A program made the position numbers and the translations under genes. From Acidimicrobiales bacterium (GTDB lineage: Bacteria > Actinomycetota > Acidimicrobiia > Acidimicrobiales > JACCXE01), in NCBI GenBank assembly GCA_046594835.1, contig JBKJQZ010000348.1, positions 1 to 42,835 on the forward strand: a stretch of DNA of 42,835 bases. The letters run 5' to 3'. The notes below the pieces were generated by a model. The model was not told the DNA's origin, did not search any database, and saw only the letters and a list, made by a program, of their open reading frames with translations. Shown piece after piece: positions 1-8,853 of the stretch (its first letter is position 1; every line of letters starts with the position of its first letter).

Positions 1-8
1 CGGTCACG

Positions 9-506
9 ATGCGCTGGGCGGGGCTGAGCGACGACGAGTACTTCTGGAAGCCGACGCTGGATGCGTACTGCCTGAGCCGACGCGACGACGGGCTGCACTG
101 CTCGTGGCCTCCGGGCAGTGCGGGCGAGGCAATTCCGCCCGTCACCACGATCGCATGGCGGATGGCCCACGTCGCGCAGGGATGTTTCATGGCGCCGTGG
201 CACAGCGTGTTCGGCGAGCCGCTCGAAGACTGGCAGAACCAGCCGTTCCCCGACTCGGCCGCGGGCGCGCTGGCGTACGTGGAGGAGTGGAAGATTCGGT
301 GGTGCGACGCCGTGCGCGAGGCGGGAGACGCGCGTCTGTGGGAACCGATCGGTCCTTACGGGCCCGACGTCGCAGTGATGCAGATGGGCAACGATGATCC
401 CTTCATCGGTCTGGCGTTGCACGTCAACCGCGAAGTGATGCACCACGGCGCGGAGATCAGCCTCTTGCGAGACCTCTACCGCGCATCAGGTTCTGTTGGG
501 TTGTAG
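9..506 (+). CDS. DinB-family (DinB_2-like) protein. The frame is open back to the window edge, so it may be 5'-truncated.
   Basis: The C-terminal HVNREVMHHGAEISLLRDLY and the earlier WRMAHVAQG resemble the His-containing helices of DinB/mycothiol-transferase-like four-helix bundles. Size is about 165 aa. There is no stop between nt 3 and the ATG at 9. Confidence 0.55.
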   Translation: MRWAGLSDDEYFWKPTLDAYCLSRRDDGLHCSWPPGSAGEAIPPVTTIAWRMAHVAQGCFMAPWHSVFGEPLEDWQNQPFPDSAAGALAYVEEWKIRWCDAVREAGDARLWEPIGPYGPDVAVMQMGNDDPFIGLALHVNREVMHHGAEISLLRDLYRASGSVGL

Positions 507-516
507 GTAGTCGCTC

Positions 517-1779
517 GTGCGCCGGCGCGGGACGACTACGGTCGGAGCAGTGCCCCCGCACTCCCACGCGCCCGTCACAACCGGCACGCCACTCCGGGTC
601 TCCCGGCGGATGCGACGAGTGCTCACGTGCGCGGTGGCTCCATTCGCACTGGTGACCTTGGTAGCGGTTTTCTTCCTGCGGCCCGGTGACGCGGCTCCTG
701 ATCTGAGCGCAGTCTTGGGGGTATCGGGAGATGTGAGTCGGGCAACGGTTGTCGCGATCGAATCCAAACCGTGCGACGTCGTGGGTCAAGACGATGGCTT
801 CGACACCGAATTCGGGGCGGCGACGGGCGGCGAAGTCGATTGTGACGTGGCCAGGGTGCGGCTGACGAGCGGCCCGGATCGTGGCGAAGTGGTCGAACTC
901 GAAGTGGGGGGCAGCGCGGCAGCAGCGAAGATCCACGCGGGCAGTCGGATAGTCGTGGGCACCACGTCCGACGGCAACGATGTCCAGTACTACTTCGCCG
1001 ATTTCCAACGCGGAAAACCCATCGTCGTGCTGCTGGTGCTGTTTGCGCTTGCCGCAGTGGGGTTTGGAAGATGGAGCGGGGTACGGGCGCTTGGAGCGCT
1101 CGTGGCCAGCCTTCTGGTCATCGTGTGGTTTGTGATCCCGGGTGTCTTGACGGGACACAGCCCGGTCGCAGTCGCACTGACGGGATCGGCGCTGATCATG
1201 TTCGTCGTGTTGTACCTCACGGGTGGGCTGAACATGCAGACCACGGTCGCGGTCCTCGGCACGATGGTGAGCCTGGCGCTGATCGCGCTGCTAGCGACAG
1301 TGTTCGTTGCCGCAAGCCGATTCACCGGTCTGGCGAGTGAGGATGCGGTGTTTCTTCACGCGGCGGTGGGCTCCATCGACCTTGAGGGCCTGCTGCTAGG
1401 TGGAATCATTATCGGCTCACTTGGCGTGCTCGACGACATGACGGTGACGCAGGTGTCCGCGGTCTGGGAGTTGCGCCGCGCCAACGACGAATACGACATG
1501 CGCAGCCTCTATTCGGCGGCGGCGCGCATCGGTCGAGATCACATCGCGTCCACGGTCAACACACTCGTTCTGGCGTACGTCGGTGCCGCGCTCCCGTTGA
1601 TGATCTTCTTTACATCGTCGGATCAGGGAATCGGCACGATACTGACCAGCGAGGTCATCGCCATCGAAGTTGTCCGCACGATTGTTGGCAGCATCGGCCT
1701 GATCGCTTCGGTTCCAATCACGACCGCGATGGCCGCGTACGTCGTCACGCGTCACGACGTGGAGCATGCGCCCCAGTGA
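517..1779 (+). CDS. YibE/F-family integral membrane protein. N-terminal anchor, an extracytoplasmic domain, then about 6-7 TM segments.
   Basis: Hydrophobic C-terminal two thirds containing the LGVLDDMTVTQVSAVWEL motif typical of YibE/F proteins. GTG at 517; an alternative ATG lies at 610 (MRRVLTCAVAPFALV...). Confidence 0.6.
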   Translation: MRRRGTTTVGAVPPHSHAPVTTGTPLRVSRRMRRVLTCAVAPFALVTLVAVFFLRPGDAAPDLSAVLGVSGDVSRATVVAIESKPCDVVGQDDGFDTEFGAATGGEVDCDVARVRLTSGPDRGEVVELEVGGSAAAAKIHAGSRIVVGTTSDGNDVQYYFADFQRGKPIVVLLVLFALAAVGFGRWSGVRALGALVASLLVIVWFVIPGVLTGHSPVAVALTGSALIMFVVLYLTGGLNMQTTVAVLGTMVSLALIALLATVFVAASRFTGLASEDAVFLHAAVGSIDLEGLLLGGIIIGSLGVLDDMTVTQVSAVWELRRANDEYDMRSLYSAAARIGRDHIASTVNTLVLAYVGAALPLMIFFTSSDQGIGTILTSEVIAIEVVRTIVGSIGLIASVPITTAMAAYVVTRHDVEHAPQ

Positions 1780-1849
1780 TGCGGGATGGCGATACCACGG
1801 CGGATATCAGCCTCTTGCGGGATCTCTACCGCGCTTCTAAGTTCGGTTA
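1778..1849 (+). pseudogene. Relic copy of the DinB-family gene 3' end (23-codon remnant, MRDGDTTADISLLRDLYRASKFG*).
   Basis: Nt 1803-1834 match nt 453-485 at 29 of 32 positions (gaKatcagcctcttgcgRgaYctctaccgcgc). Both copies are preceded by accacggcg, with a 2-nt indel in the second. The encoded peptide parallels AEISLLRDLYRASGSVGL* of the intact gene. Confidence 0.45.
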
Positions 1850-1888
1850 GCCGCTTCCCCCTGGCGTCGCTCGACCCCAGGAACTGCC

Positions 1889-2590
1889 GTGCCCGAACTC
1901 CCTCGTCCTCTGCCGCCGCCAAGTTGGCGTGATCGCGTTGCAGTTGTCGCGTCGTGGCGCGATGGCGTGCCGCTGCCCGCCTTGGTTGCACTCATCGGCG
2001 TCGTGGCCGCGCTCGCGCTCGGCGTCACCGCCACGATGCGCACACGGGCGCCGAACGCCGACGTCGCGCTGTCGTTGCCGCGCGCCAACGCAGCCCAGAC
2101 CCCAGACGCGTCGGTCCCGAGTGCGCTCGCATCGCCAACGACTACCACTGGGCCGTTGCGCGTGCACGCGGCGGGCGCGGTCATTCATCCCGGCGTAGTG
2201 CAGGTGCCCGCAGGCGCCCGGGTTATCGACGTCGTGTTCGCCGCCGGTGGGGCCGCACCCGCCGCCGACCTGAACCAGGTGAACCTCGCCGCGCTGGTCA
2301 CCGACGGCGAGCGCGTCTACATACCGGTGGCGGGGGAGGTCGTCGCGGCGATCGCATCGCCGGGTTCATCGAAGGCGTCGGCCGGTCCAGCACCAGACGC
2401 AGTCATCAACATCAACGAAGCGGGCGAACCCGAACTTGAGGAGTTGCCGGGCGTGGGGCCCGCCACCGCGAAGGCAATCGTCGATTACCGCAGCGAGCAC
2501 GGCCGGTTCCGCTCGGTCGACGACCTCCTCAACGTGCGCGGCATCGGCCCGGCCAAGTTGGAGCAGATCAAACCGCGCGCGCGTGTCTGA
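1889..2590 (+). CDS. comEA: ComEA-type DNA receptor. TM anchor, SLBB-like domain and C-terminal helix-hairpin-helix pair.
   Basis: The C-terminus INEAGEPELEELPGVGPATAKAIVDYRSEHGRFRSVDDLLNVRGIGPAKLEQI is the classic ComEA HhH motif. Sits immediately upstream of comEC. GTG start. Confidence 0.85.
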   Translation: MPELPRPLPPPSWRDRVAVVASWRDGVPLPALVALIGVVAALALGVTATMRTRAPNADVALSLPRANAAQTPDASVPSALASPTTTTGPLRVHAAGAVIHPGVVQVPAGARVIDVVFAAGGAAPAADLNQVNLAALVTDGERVYIPVAGEVVAAIASPGSSKASAGPAPDAVININEAGEPELEELPGVGPATAKAIVDYRSEHGRFRSVDDLLNVRGIGPAKLEQIKPRARV

Positions 2591-4412
2591 TCGCGTCCGC
2601 GCCCTGCACGACCACCACGTAGTACTCGCGGCGGCAGCGGTGTGCGCAGGCGCGTACCGCTCGCACCCCACGTCGAGCGCGGTGCTGGTGGGCGCGCTGT
2701 GCGCCGCGGTGGTTGGTCTCACGCTTCGGCGGCCTGGGTTGGTGGTGGTCGGTCTCGCCGTTTTTGCGAGCGCGCTGGGCGCGTTGGCTCATGCCGGGCT
2801 CGCGTCCCCGCGTGCCGAGGTCGTCGATGCTCAGTGGGTCACCTTGCTCACCGATCCCGCGCCGTTGCCGGGCGGCTCGGTCGGCGTCGACGTGCGCCTC
2901 GGCCATCGCCACGTGCGTGCCTACGCGCGGGCGGTAGCGGGCGCCGCGCTGCTCGATCGTCTGGCTGGTGAACGGGTGCAACTGAGCGGCGCGTTGCGCC
3001 CGCTGCAGGGCGTGCAGCGCTCCCGCCTTGCGTCGCGTCACATCGCGACGCAGTTGTCGGTCGACAGCGTGAGCGGATGGCGCCGGGGTGCGCTCGTGTC
3101 CACCGTTGCCAATCGATACCGCCGCCTCGTTGCCCGCGGCGCAGTCGCGCTTCCTGTCGGCCTGCGACCGTTGTTCGGCGGAATGGTCTTGGGCGACGAC
3201 CGCGGCCAGTCCGCCGAACTCGAAGACGCCTTCAAGGCGGCGGGCCTCACACACCTGATGGTTGTGTCGGGCCAGAACGTCGCCTTTGCCCTGTTGGTTG
3301 CGTCGCCATTGATCCGTCGGGGCGGCTTGCGGTGGCGCTTCGCGCTCACCGTCGCCACGCTGTTGGGCTTTGGGGTCCTCACCCGGTGGGAACCATCGGT
3401 GTTGCGCGCCGAGGCCATGGCCGTGGTCGCGGCTGCCGGTGCGCTGACGGGCCGACCGGTCCCTGCGGTCCGTTTGCTCGCGCTCGCCGTGACTGGCTGC
3501 GTGCTGCTCGACCCCTTGCTGGTGTTGAGCGTGGGCTTCCGCCTGTCGGTCGCGGCGTGCGGTGGTTTGGTGCTGCTGACCGGTCGGCTGCAGGCCCGAG
3601 GTGTGCCGCTGGTTCTCGCTGCGACCATTGGCGCACAGGTGGGTGCTGCGTTCGTGCTGTTGCCAACGTTCGGCTCCGTCCCGCTTGCGTCGCTGCCCGC
3701 CAACGTGCTCGCCGTTCCCATGGCCGGACCGCTGATGGTGTGGGGGCTCGTAGTCGGCCCGCTTGCCGGCCTGGTGCCACCCATCGCCGGTGTTGCGCAC
3801 GTGCCCACGCACCTGATGCTGTGGTGGGTCGCGGGCGTGGCCCGCTGGGCGGCCGCGCTGCCGTTCGCACCGATCGGTCCGTCCACGGCCGTGGTGATCG
3901 GGCTCGTCGCCGCTAGCGCGGCGGTCCTGTGGCGCCTACAGGCGACGCGGCTGCTGGGCGCGTGCGCAACCGGTGTGTTGGCGATCCTGGTTGTGGTCGC
4001 CGCTTCGTGGGGGCCGAGCCCTGCCGTCGCCGCTCCGGTCGGTGACGGTGCCGAGCTGTGGGTGGTCGAGGGTCGGTCCGTGCTCGTGATGGGCGGACGC
4101 GTTGGTAGTGGGCTCTCCGCCGAGCTGCGCCGCCGCCGTGTGCGTCGCCTCGACGTGCTGGTGGTCACGCGGCCGGGTCCGTCCGCCGCCGACGCCGCGT
4201 GGCCCCTCGTGCGTGCGTTTCGGCCCCGCGTCGTGCTCGCCCCCGAGCACCACCAGTTGGCCGGCGCGCGAACGGCGCGGCAGGGTGCGGTAGTGCGCGT
4301 CGGTGTGCTCGTAGTGCGGGTTACCCGGGCCGGTCCGCCGCTGACGATCGACGTGTCGAACCGCCGAAGCGGCGCCGTCTACGGTCGCGCCCGTGATCCT
4401 GCGCCTCGGTGA
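2583..4412 (+). CDS. comEC: ComEC/Rec2 DNA internalisation channel protein with a degenerate, short C-terminal metallo-beta-lactamase region.
   Basis: Polytopic membrane protein with the competence-domain motif GLTHLMVVSGQNVAFALL. The GTG at 2583 overlaps the comEA stop by 8 nt. The ORF-track start at 2436 lies inside comEA and is unlikely. Confidence 0.8.
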   Translation: MSDRVRALHDHHVVLAAAAVCAGAYRSHPTSSAVLVGALCAAVVGLTLRRPGLVVVGLAVFASALGALAHAGLASPRAEVVDAQWVTLLTDPAPLPGGSVGVDVRLGHRHVRAYARAVAGAALLDRLAGERVQLSGALRPLQGVQRSRLASRHIATQLSVDSVSGWRRGALVSTVANRYRRLVARGAVALPVGLRPLFGGMVLGDDRGQSAELEDAFKAAGLTHLMVVSGQNVAFALLVASPLIRRGGLRWRFALTVATLLGFGVLTRWEPSVLRAEAMAVVAAAGALTGRPVPAVRLLALAVTGCVLLDPLLVLSVGFRLSVAACGGLVLLTGRLQARGVPLVLAATIGAQVGAAFVLLPTFGSVPLASLPANVLAVPMAGPLMVWGLVVGPLAGLVPPIAGVAHVPTHLMLWWVAGVARWAAALPFAPIGPSTAVVIGLVAASAAVLWRLQATRLLGACATGVLAILVVVAASWGPSPAVAAPVGDGAELWVVEGRSVLVMGGRVGSGLSAELRRRRVRRLDVLVVTRPGPSAADAAWPLVRAFRPRVVLAPEHHQLAGARTARQGAVVRVGVLVVRVTRAGPPLTIDVSNRRSGAVYGRARDPAPR

Positions 4413-5214
4413 CCGCCCGGTCGACGTCACCCATCGCAGCCTCGTGATGGGCATCCTCAACCGGACGCCCGACTCGTTTTACGACCAGGGCGAGTTCTGG
4501 AATTTTGACGCGTTCCTCGGCCTGGCCCAGCAGCACGTCGACAACGGGGCCGACATCCTCGATGTCGGAGGCGTGAAGGCCGGCCCCGGGCCCGACGTCA
4601 ACGAGCAGGAAGAGCTCGACCGTGTGCTTCCCGCCATCGACGCGCTCGTGCGGCGCTTCGACACCGCGATCTCCGTCGACACCTGGCGCGCATCGGTAGC
4701 GAAGGGCGCCTATGAACTGGGCGCAGTGATCGGCAACGACATCAGCGGTTTTGGTGACCCCGAGTACCTACAGGTCGCGGCGGCTGCCGGCGCGACCGTG
4801 ATCGCCACCCACATTCGGCTCAAGCCTCGCGTCGCGGACCCCGAGCCGGTCTATGACGACGTCGTGCGCGACGTCGCCGCCTTCTTGGCGGACCGGGCTG
4901 CGCGCGCGCTCGCCGCGGGCGTTGCAGCCGACCGCATCGTGCTCGACGCCGGGCTCGACCTCGGTAAAACCTGGCAACAGTCCCTCGCGTTGCTCCGGGC
5001 CTCCGACGAGTTGGCCGCGCTGGGCTACCCGCTGCTGTTGTCGTCGTCCAACAAGACGTTTCTCGGCAAGCTGCTCGAACTCGAAGTCGGCGATCGGCGC
5101 GAGGCGTCGCACGCGGCAACGTCTCTCGGTGTGATGCGCGGGTGCCGCGTCGTGCGGGTGCACGACGTCGCAGGATCGCGTCGCGTGTGTGATTTCTTGG
5201 CGGCGCTGCAATGA
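4393..5214 (+). CDS. folP: Dihydropteroate synthase-like protein (pterin-binding TIM barrel), probably a FolP2-type paralogue.
   Basis: Contains MGILNRTPDSFYD, ISVDT, GNDISG, SNKTF and VRVHDV, which are the DHPS pterin-pocket motifs. Loop 2 reads GGVKAGPG instead of GGESTRPG, and DAGLDLGK replaces DPGFGFGK. Overlaps comEC by 20 nt and holA by 4 nt. Confidence 0.75.
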   Translation: MILRLGDRPVDVTHRSLVMGILNRTPDSFYDQGEFWNFDAFLGLAQQHVDNGADILDVGGVKAGPGPDVNEQEELDRVLPAIDALVRRFDTAISVDTWRASVAKGAYELGAVIGNDISGFGDPEYLQVAAAAGATVIATHIRLKPRVADPEPVYDDVVRDVAAFLADRAARALAAGVAADRIVLDAGLDLGKTWQQSLALLRASDELAALGYPLLLSSSNKTFLGKLLELEVGDRREASHAATSLGVMRGCRVVRVHDVAGSRRVCDFLAALQ

Positions 5215-6194
5215 GCGAGGTCGTCTACCTCGTGAAGGGCGACGACCCGATCCTGCTCGCGCAGGAGTTCAACCTCATCGTCGACGAAGTCGTCGGGGCG
5301 GATGACCCGGGCCTGATCCTCGAAGATCTGTCCGCGCTCGACGACGCGCCCGCCGCGGCAGCGGAGTCGGCCGCGACGCCGTCGTTTCTTGCGGCGCGAC
5401 GCGTGATCGTGATCCGTGAGGTTGGGCGCTTCAACGCGGCCGCGGTGGCGCCGCTGCTCGAATACCTAGCGGCACCCGTGGACTCGGCGACGATCATCCT
5501 GGGTGGCGGCGGCGGCACTATTCCTGCGCCGTTGGTGAAGGCCGTGCAAAAGGCGGGACGCGTCGTCGACGCCGGTACGCCGCGAGGCAAGGCCCGCTCG
5601 TCGTGGGTGTTCGACAAGCTCAAGGCGGCGCCGGTGAAGGTCGATACGGCCGCAGCCCGGCTCATCGAACAGCACCTCGGCGAAGACATCGGTCGCCTCG
5701 AATCGCTGCTCAACGTGTTGACGGGCGCCTTCGGGCCCGGCGCCACAATCGGACCCGCGCAGGTTGAGCCCTACCTGGGTGAGGCGGGCAGCTCGGCGCC
5801 GTGGGACCTGACCGACGCGATTGACAAAGGCGACACCGCCGACGCCATCGAGCAACTGCACCGACTGCTCGCGGGACAGGGTCGCCACCCGCTCGGGGTC
5901 GTATCGATCCTCCATACCCACGTCAGCAAGATGGCGCGCCTCGACGGTGCCAACGTGGCGGGGGAGGCTGAAGCCGCAGCTCTGCTCGGCATCGCGGCGT
6001 ACCCGGCGCGCAAAGCGCTCAGCCAGTCGCGCCGGCTGGGCACCGACGCCCTACTGCGGATGCTGAGCTTGGTGGCCGACGCGGACGTCGATCTCCACGG
6101 CCGATCCTCGTGGCCCAATGAGTTGACGCTCGAGGTTCTGGTGGCCCGACTTGCGCGAGTAGGGCGACCAACCCGGCGTCCGGCGTCGCGGTAG
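5211..6194 (+). CDS. holA: DNA polymerase III delta subunit.
   Basis: N-terminus VVYLVKGDDPILLAQE and a size of about 327 aa. Conserved comEC-holA ... rpsT/lepA neighbourhood. ATGA overlap with the upstream gene. Confidence 0.75.
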   Translation: MSEVVYLVKGDDPILLAQEFNLIVDEVVGADDPGLILEDLSALDDAPAAAAESAATPSFLAARRVIVIREVGRFNAAAVAPLLEYLAAPVDSATIILGGGGGTIPAPLVKAVQKAGRVVDAGTPRGKARSSWVFDKLKAAPVKVDTAAARLIEQHLGEDIGRLESLLNVLTGAFGPGATIGPAQVEPYLGEAGSSAPWDLTDAIDKGDTADAIEQLHRLLAGQGRHPLGVVSILHTHVSKMARLDGANVAGEAEAAALLGIAAYPARKALSQSRRLGTDALLRMLSLVADADVDLHGRSSWPNELTLEVLVARLARVGRPTRRPASR

Positions 6195-6221
6195 GGATAG
6201 CCGGCGCCTAGATTCCTCTGG

Positions 6222-7517
6222 GTGCCCGCACAAGTTCTGGCTCCGTCGTTTCCGATAGTTCGTCACACGCTCACGAACGGGTTGCGCGTCGTTCTCGCTC
6301 CCGATCGCAGTTCCCCGGTGGTCGCGGTTGCCGTGCACTACGACGTCGGTTACCGCTCGGAGCCCGAAGGCCGCACCGGCTTCGCACACCTCTTCGAACA
6401 CCTCATGTTCGAGGGCAGCGAAAGCCTCCCGAAGCTCGAGCACGCCAAGCTCATTCAGGGCAACGGAGGTTCGTTCAACGGAAGCACCACGCCCGACTAC
6501 ACCAACTACTTCGAGGTAGTGCCGTCGGGTGCATTCGAGTTGGCGTTGTTCCTCGAGGCCGACCGGATGCGCAGCCCCGTCATCACCGATCACACCGTCG
6601 CCAACCAGATCGACGTGGTGAAAGAGGAGATCCGGCTCAACATCATGAACCGCCCCTACGGCGGGATGCAGATGATCTTCCTGCCGCCGATCGCCTTCAC
6701 GACGTTCAACAACACCCACAACGGTTACGGCAGCTTCGTCGATCTCGAAGCGGCGACCGTGGCGGACGCCACCGATTTCTGGAAGCGCTACTACGCGCCG
6801 GGCAACGCACTGCTCACGATCGCCGGCGACGTTGATGTTGAGGACGCCATCACGCTGATCGAGACCCACTTCGGCGACATCCCCAAGCGCTCCGTTCCCA
6901 AGCGTCCTGACTTCGGTGAGGCGGTGCCCACCAAGGAACGCCGGGCCACGCACGTCGATCCGATGTCGCCCACGCCCGCGCTGGTGGTGGGTTACCGCGC
7001 GCCGAACCCGAAGGACCTCCACGACTACGCCGCCTACCACCTCTTGGTGCAGGTCCTGGGTGAAGGCGACTCGTCGCGTTTGCACCAGCGACTGGTGAAG
7101 ACGGGCCTGGTTACCGCGTCGGCTGCGTTTGTTGGCCCGTTCGACAACTGGCTCGACATGCGCGACCCGATCCTTACCAACGTGCTTGCGATCTATCCGC
7201 CCGGCGGCGACGCAGATGTGATCCTCGACGCGATCACCGAGTCCGTCGACACGCTCCACACCGACCTGGACCAGGAGGAACTCGACCGCACGCGCATCGG
7301 AGCGACCGCCGCGTTCCTGCGCGGCACCGACAGTGTGGTGAACCGCGCGCTCACCATCGCCCCTCTTGAACAACAGCGAGGTCAAGGCGAGTTGATCAAC
7401 GACCTGCCCCGAGCCCTCGCCGAGGTATCGGTCGCTGACGTCAAGGCGGCCGCGGCGAAGTGGTTCACGCCCGACAAACGATCGGTGCTCGACTGGCAGC
7501 CGGGGGCGAGCTCGTGA
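6222..7517 (+). CDS. M16 (pitrilysin/insulinase) family zinc peptidase, catalytic subunit.
   Basis: Intact inverted zinc motif HxxEH (GFAHLFEHLMFEGS) and a downstream LEADRM region. GTG start at 6222. Confidence 0.85.
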   Translation: MPAQVLAPSFPIVRHTLTNGLRVVLAPDRSSPVVAVAVHYDVGYRSEPEGRTGFAHLFEHLMFEGSESLPKLEHAKLIQGNGGSFNGSTTPDYTNYFEVVPSGAFELALFLEADRMRSPVITDHTVANQIDVVKEEIRLNIMNRPYGGMQMIFLPPIAFTTFNNTHNGYGSFVDLEAATVADATDFWKRYYAPGNALLTIAGDVDVEDAITLIETHFGDIPKRSVPKRPDFGEAVPTKERRATHVDPMSPTPALVVGYRAPNPKDLHDYAAYHLLVQVLGEGDSSRLHQRLVKTGLVTASAAFVGPFDNWLDMRDPILTNVLAIYPPGGDADVILDAITESVDTLHTDLDQEELDRTRIGATAAFLRGTDSVVNRALTIAPLEQQRGQGELINDLPRALAEVSVADVKAAAAKWFTPDKRSVLDWQPGASS

Positions 7518-8839
7518 GCGCCCGCACCCAACCTGTCGTCAAGCGAACCAAGCCCGCCAAGCTGCCCGCGGTCGTCGACACAACCCTGGCGAATGGACTG
7601 CGCGTCCTCGCCGCACGTAAGCCCGGTATCCCGATGGTGCAGGTGCGGATTCGGTTCGACGTTTCGCGCAAGGACCTCGAGCCTTCGGTGCTCGACGACA
7701 TCATGAGTTCAACCGTCCTGGCGGGGACGCCGTCGCGCAATCAGCTCGAGATCGCCGAAGAGATGAAGCGGCTCGGGGGCGAGGTGTGGGCCTCGGCGGA
7801 CACCGAGAATCTTTTTGTCTCGGCCATCACCCTTGCGCGCGATCTGCCGAAGTACCTCGACGTCCTCGCTGATGTGGTGCAGAACGCGACGCATCCCGCC
7901 GACGAGATCGACCTGGCCAAGGCGCAGACCGAGCAAGGCATCCTCATCATGCACAGCCAGCCGGCGGCGAAGGCGCAGTATGCGCTGGGCGAGCGACTCT
8001 TTCCCAACCACCCCTACGGCCGGGCAATGCCAACCCCCGACATCGTCGCTCCCGTCACGCGGGCGGGTGTGCAGCGGTTCCATCGCAACGTGGTGAAGCC
8101 CGGCGGTGCACTGATGGTGCTGGTGGGCGACATGCCGCCCGCGAAAATGGTTGCGGCAGTAGACAAGGCGCTCGGCGGATGGACGGGTTCGCGTAAGCCG
8201 TACAAGACGGCCAAGCCCGCGGCCATTGCGCCCGGCGCGCTTCGCATCGTGCACCAGCCCGGCGCGGTGCAAACCAACATGCGCATGGGTGGACTCGGAG
8301 TGGGACGCGCCCACGCCGATTTCCCTGCGCTCACGCTGGCAATGACGATCCTCGGCGGCGGATTCACGTCGCGGCTGAATCACAACCTGCGGGAGGACAA
8401 GGGCTACACCTACGGCGCGTCGGCGAGCCTGTCCCACAGCCTCGCGGCGTCGTCGGTAACTATTGGCGCCGATGTCCAAACCGCGGTTACCGCGCAAGCC
8501 CTCGTCGAGACGTTCTACGAGTTGGGTCGCATCGTGACCTCGCCCGTGACCGACGACGAACTCGCCGACGCCAAGCGGTTCCTCGCCGGCAACATGGCCC
8601 TATCGGCTGAGACCCAAGCTGGTCTGGCGTCGTACCTCATGTCGCTCGCAATCGCCGGCCTCGACGTGTCGTATTTGCGCGACCTTCCCACCGCGGCGGA
8701 CAAGCAGACCCCCGACGACATCGCCCGCGTCGCGGCCACCTACCTCGCACCGGTGCTGCTCGCGCCCGTGCTCGTGGGCGACGCCGAGGTGATCGCCGAC
8801 GCCGTCGGCCGTCTCGTTCCGGTCGAGGTCGTCGGCTGA
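7514..8839 (+). CDS. M16 family peptidase-like protein, non-catalytic partner subunit.
   Basis: M16 fold features are present (LANGLRVL..., GGGFTSRLNHNLREDKGYTYGA). The HxxEH position reads DIMSS. The GTG at 7514 overlaps the upstream stop (GTGA). Confidence 0.75.
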   Translation: MSARTQPVVKRTKPAKLPAVVDTTLANGLRVLAARKPGIPMVQVRIRFDVSRKDLEPSVLDDIMSSTVLAGTPSRNQLEIAEEMKRLGGEVWASADTENLFVSAITLARDLPKYLDVLADVVQNATHPADEIDLAKAQTEQGILIMHSQPAAKAQYALGERLFPNHPYGRAMPTPDIVAPVTRAGVQRFHRNVVKPGGALMVLVGDMPPAKMVAAVDKALGGWTGSRKPYKTAKPAAIAPGALRIVHQPGAVQTNMRMGGLGVGRAHADFPALTLAMTILGGGFTSRLNHNLREDKGYTYGASASLSHSLAASSVTIGADVQTAVTAQALVETFYELGRIVTSPVTDDELADAKRFLAGNMALSAETQAGLASYLMSLAIAGLDVSYLRDLPTAADKQTPDDIARVAATYLAPVLLAPVLVGDAEVIADAVGRLVPVEVVG

Positions 8840-8853
8840 TCAAGGTCGTCCAT

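Noticed and set aside
6051-7385. Long antisense ORFs opposite confidently identified genes. Examples: 6051-7385(-), 2568-3812(-), 3038-4168(-), 11528-12835(-), 20247-21179(-), 31947-33245(-), 33292-34545(-), 38414-39736(-), 16289-17332(+), 12986-13885(+).
   Set aside because: These are typical GC-rich shadow frames. They are Arg/Ala/Pro/Gly-dominated with no recognisable motifs. Each lies fully inside a gene on the other strand that has strong family signatures.
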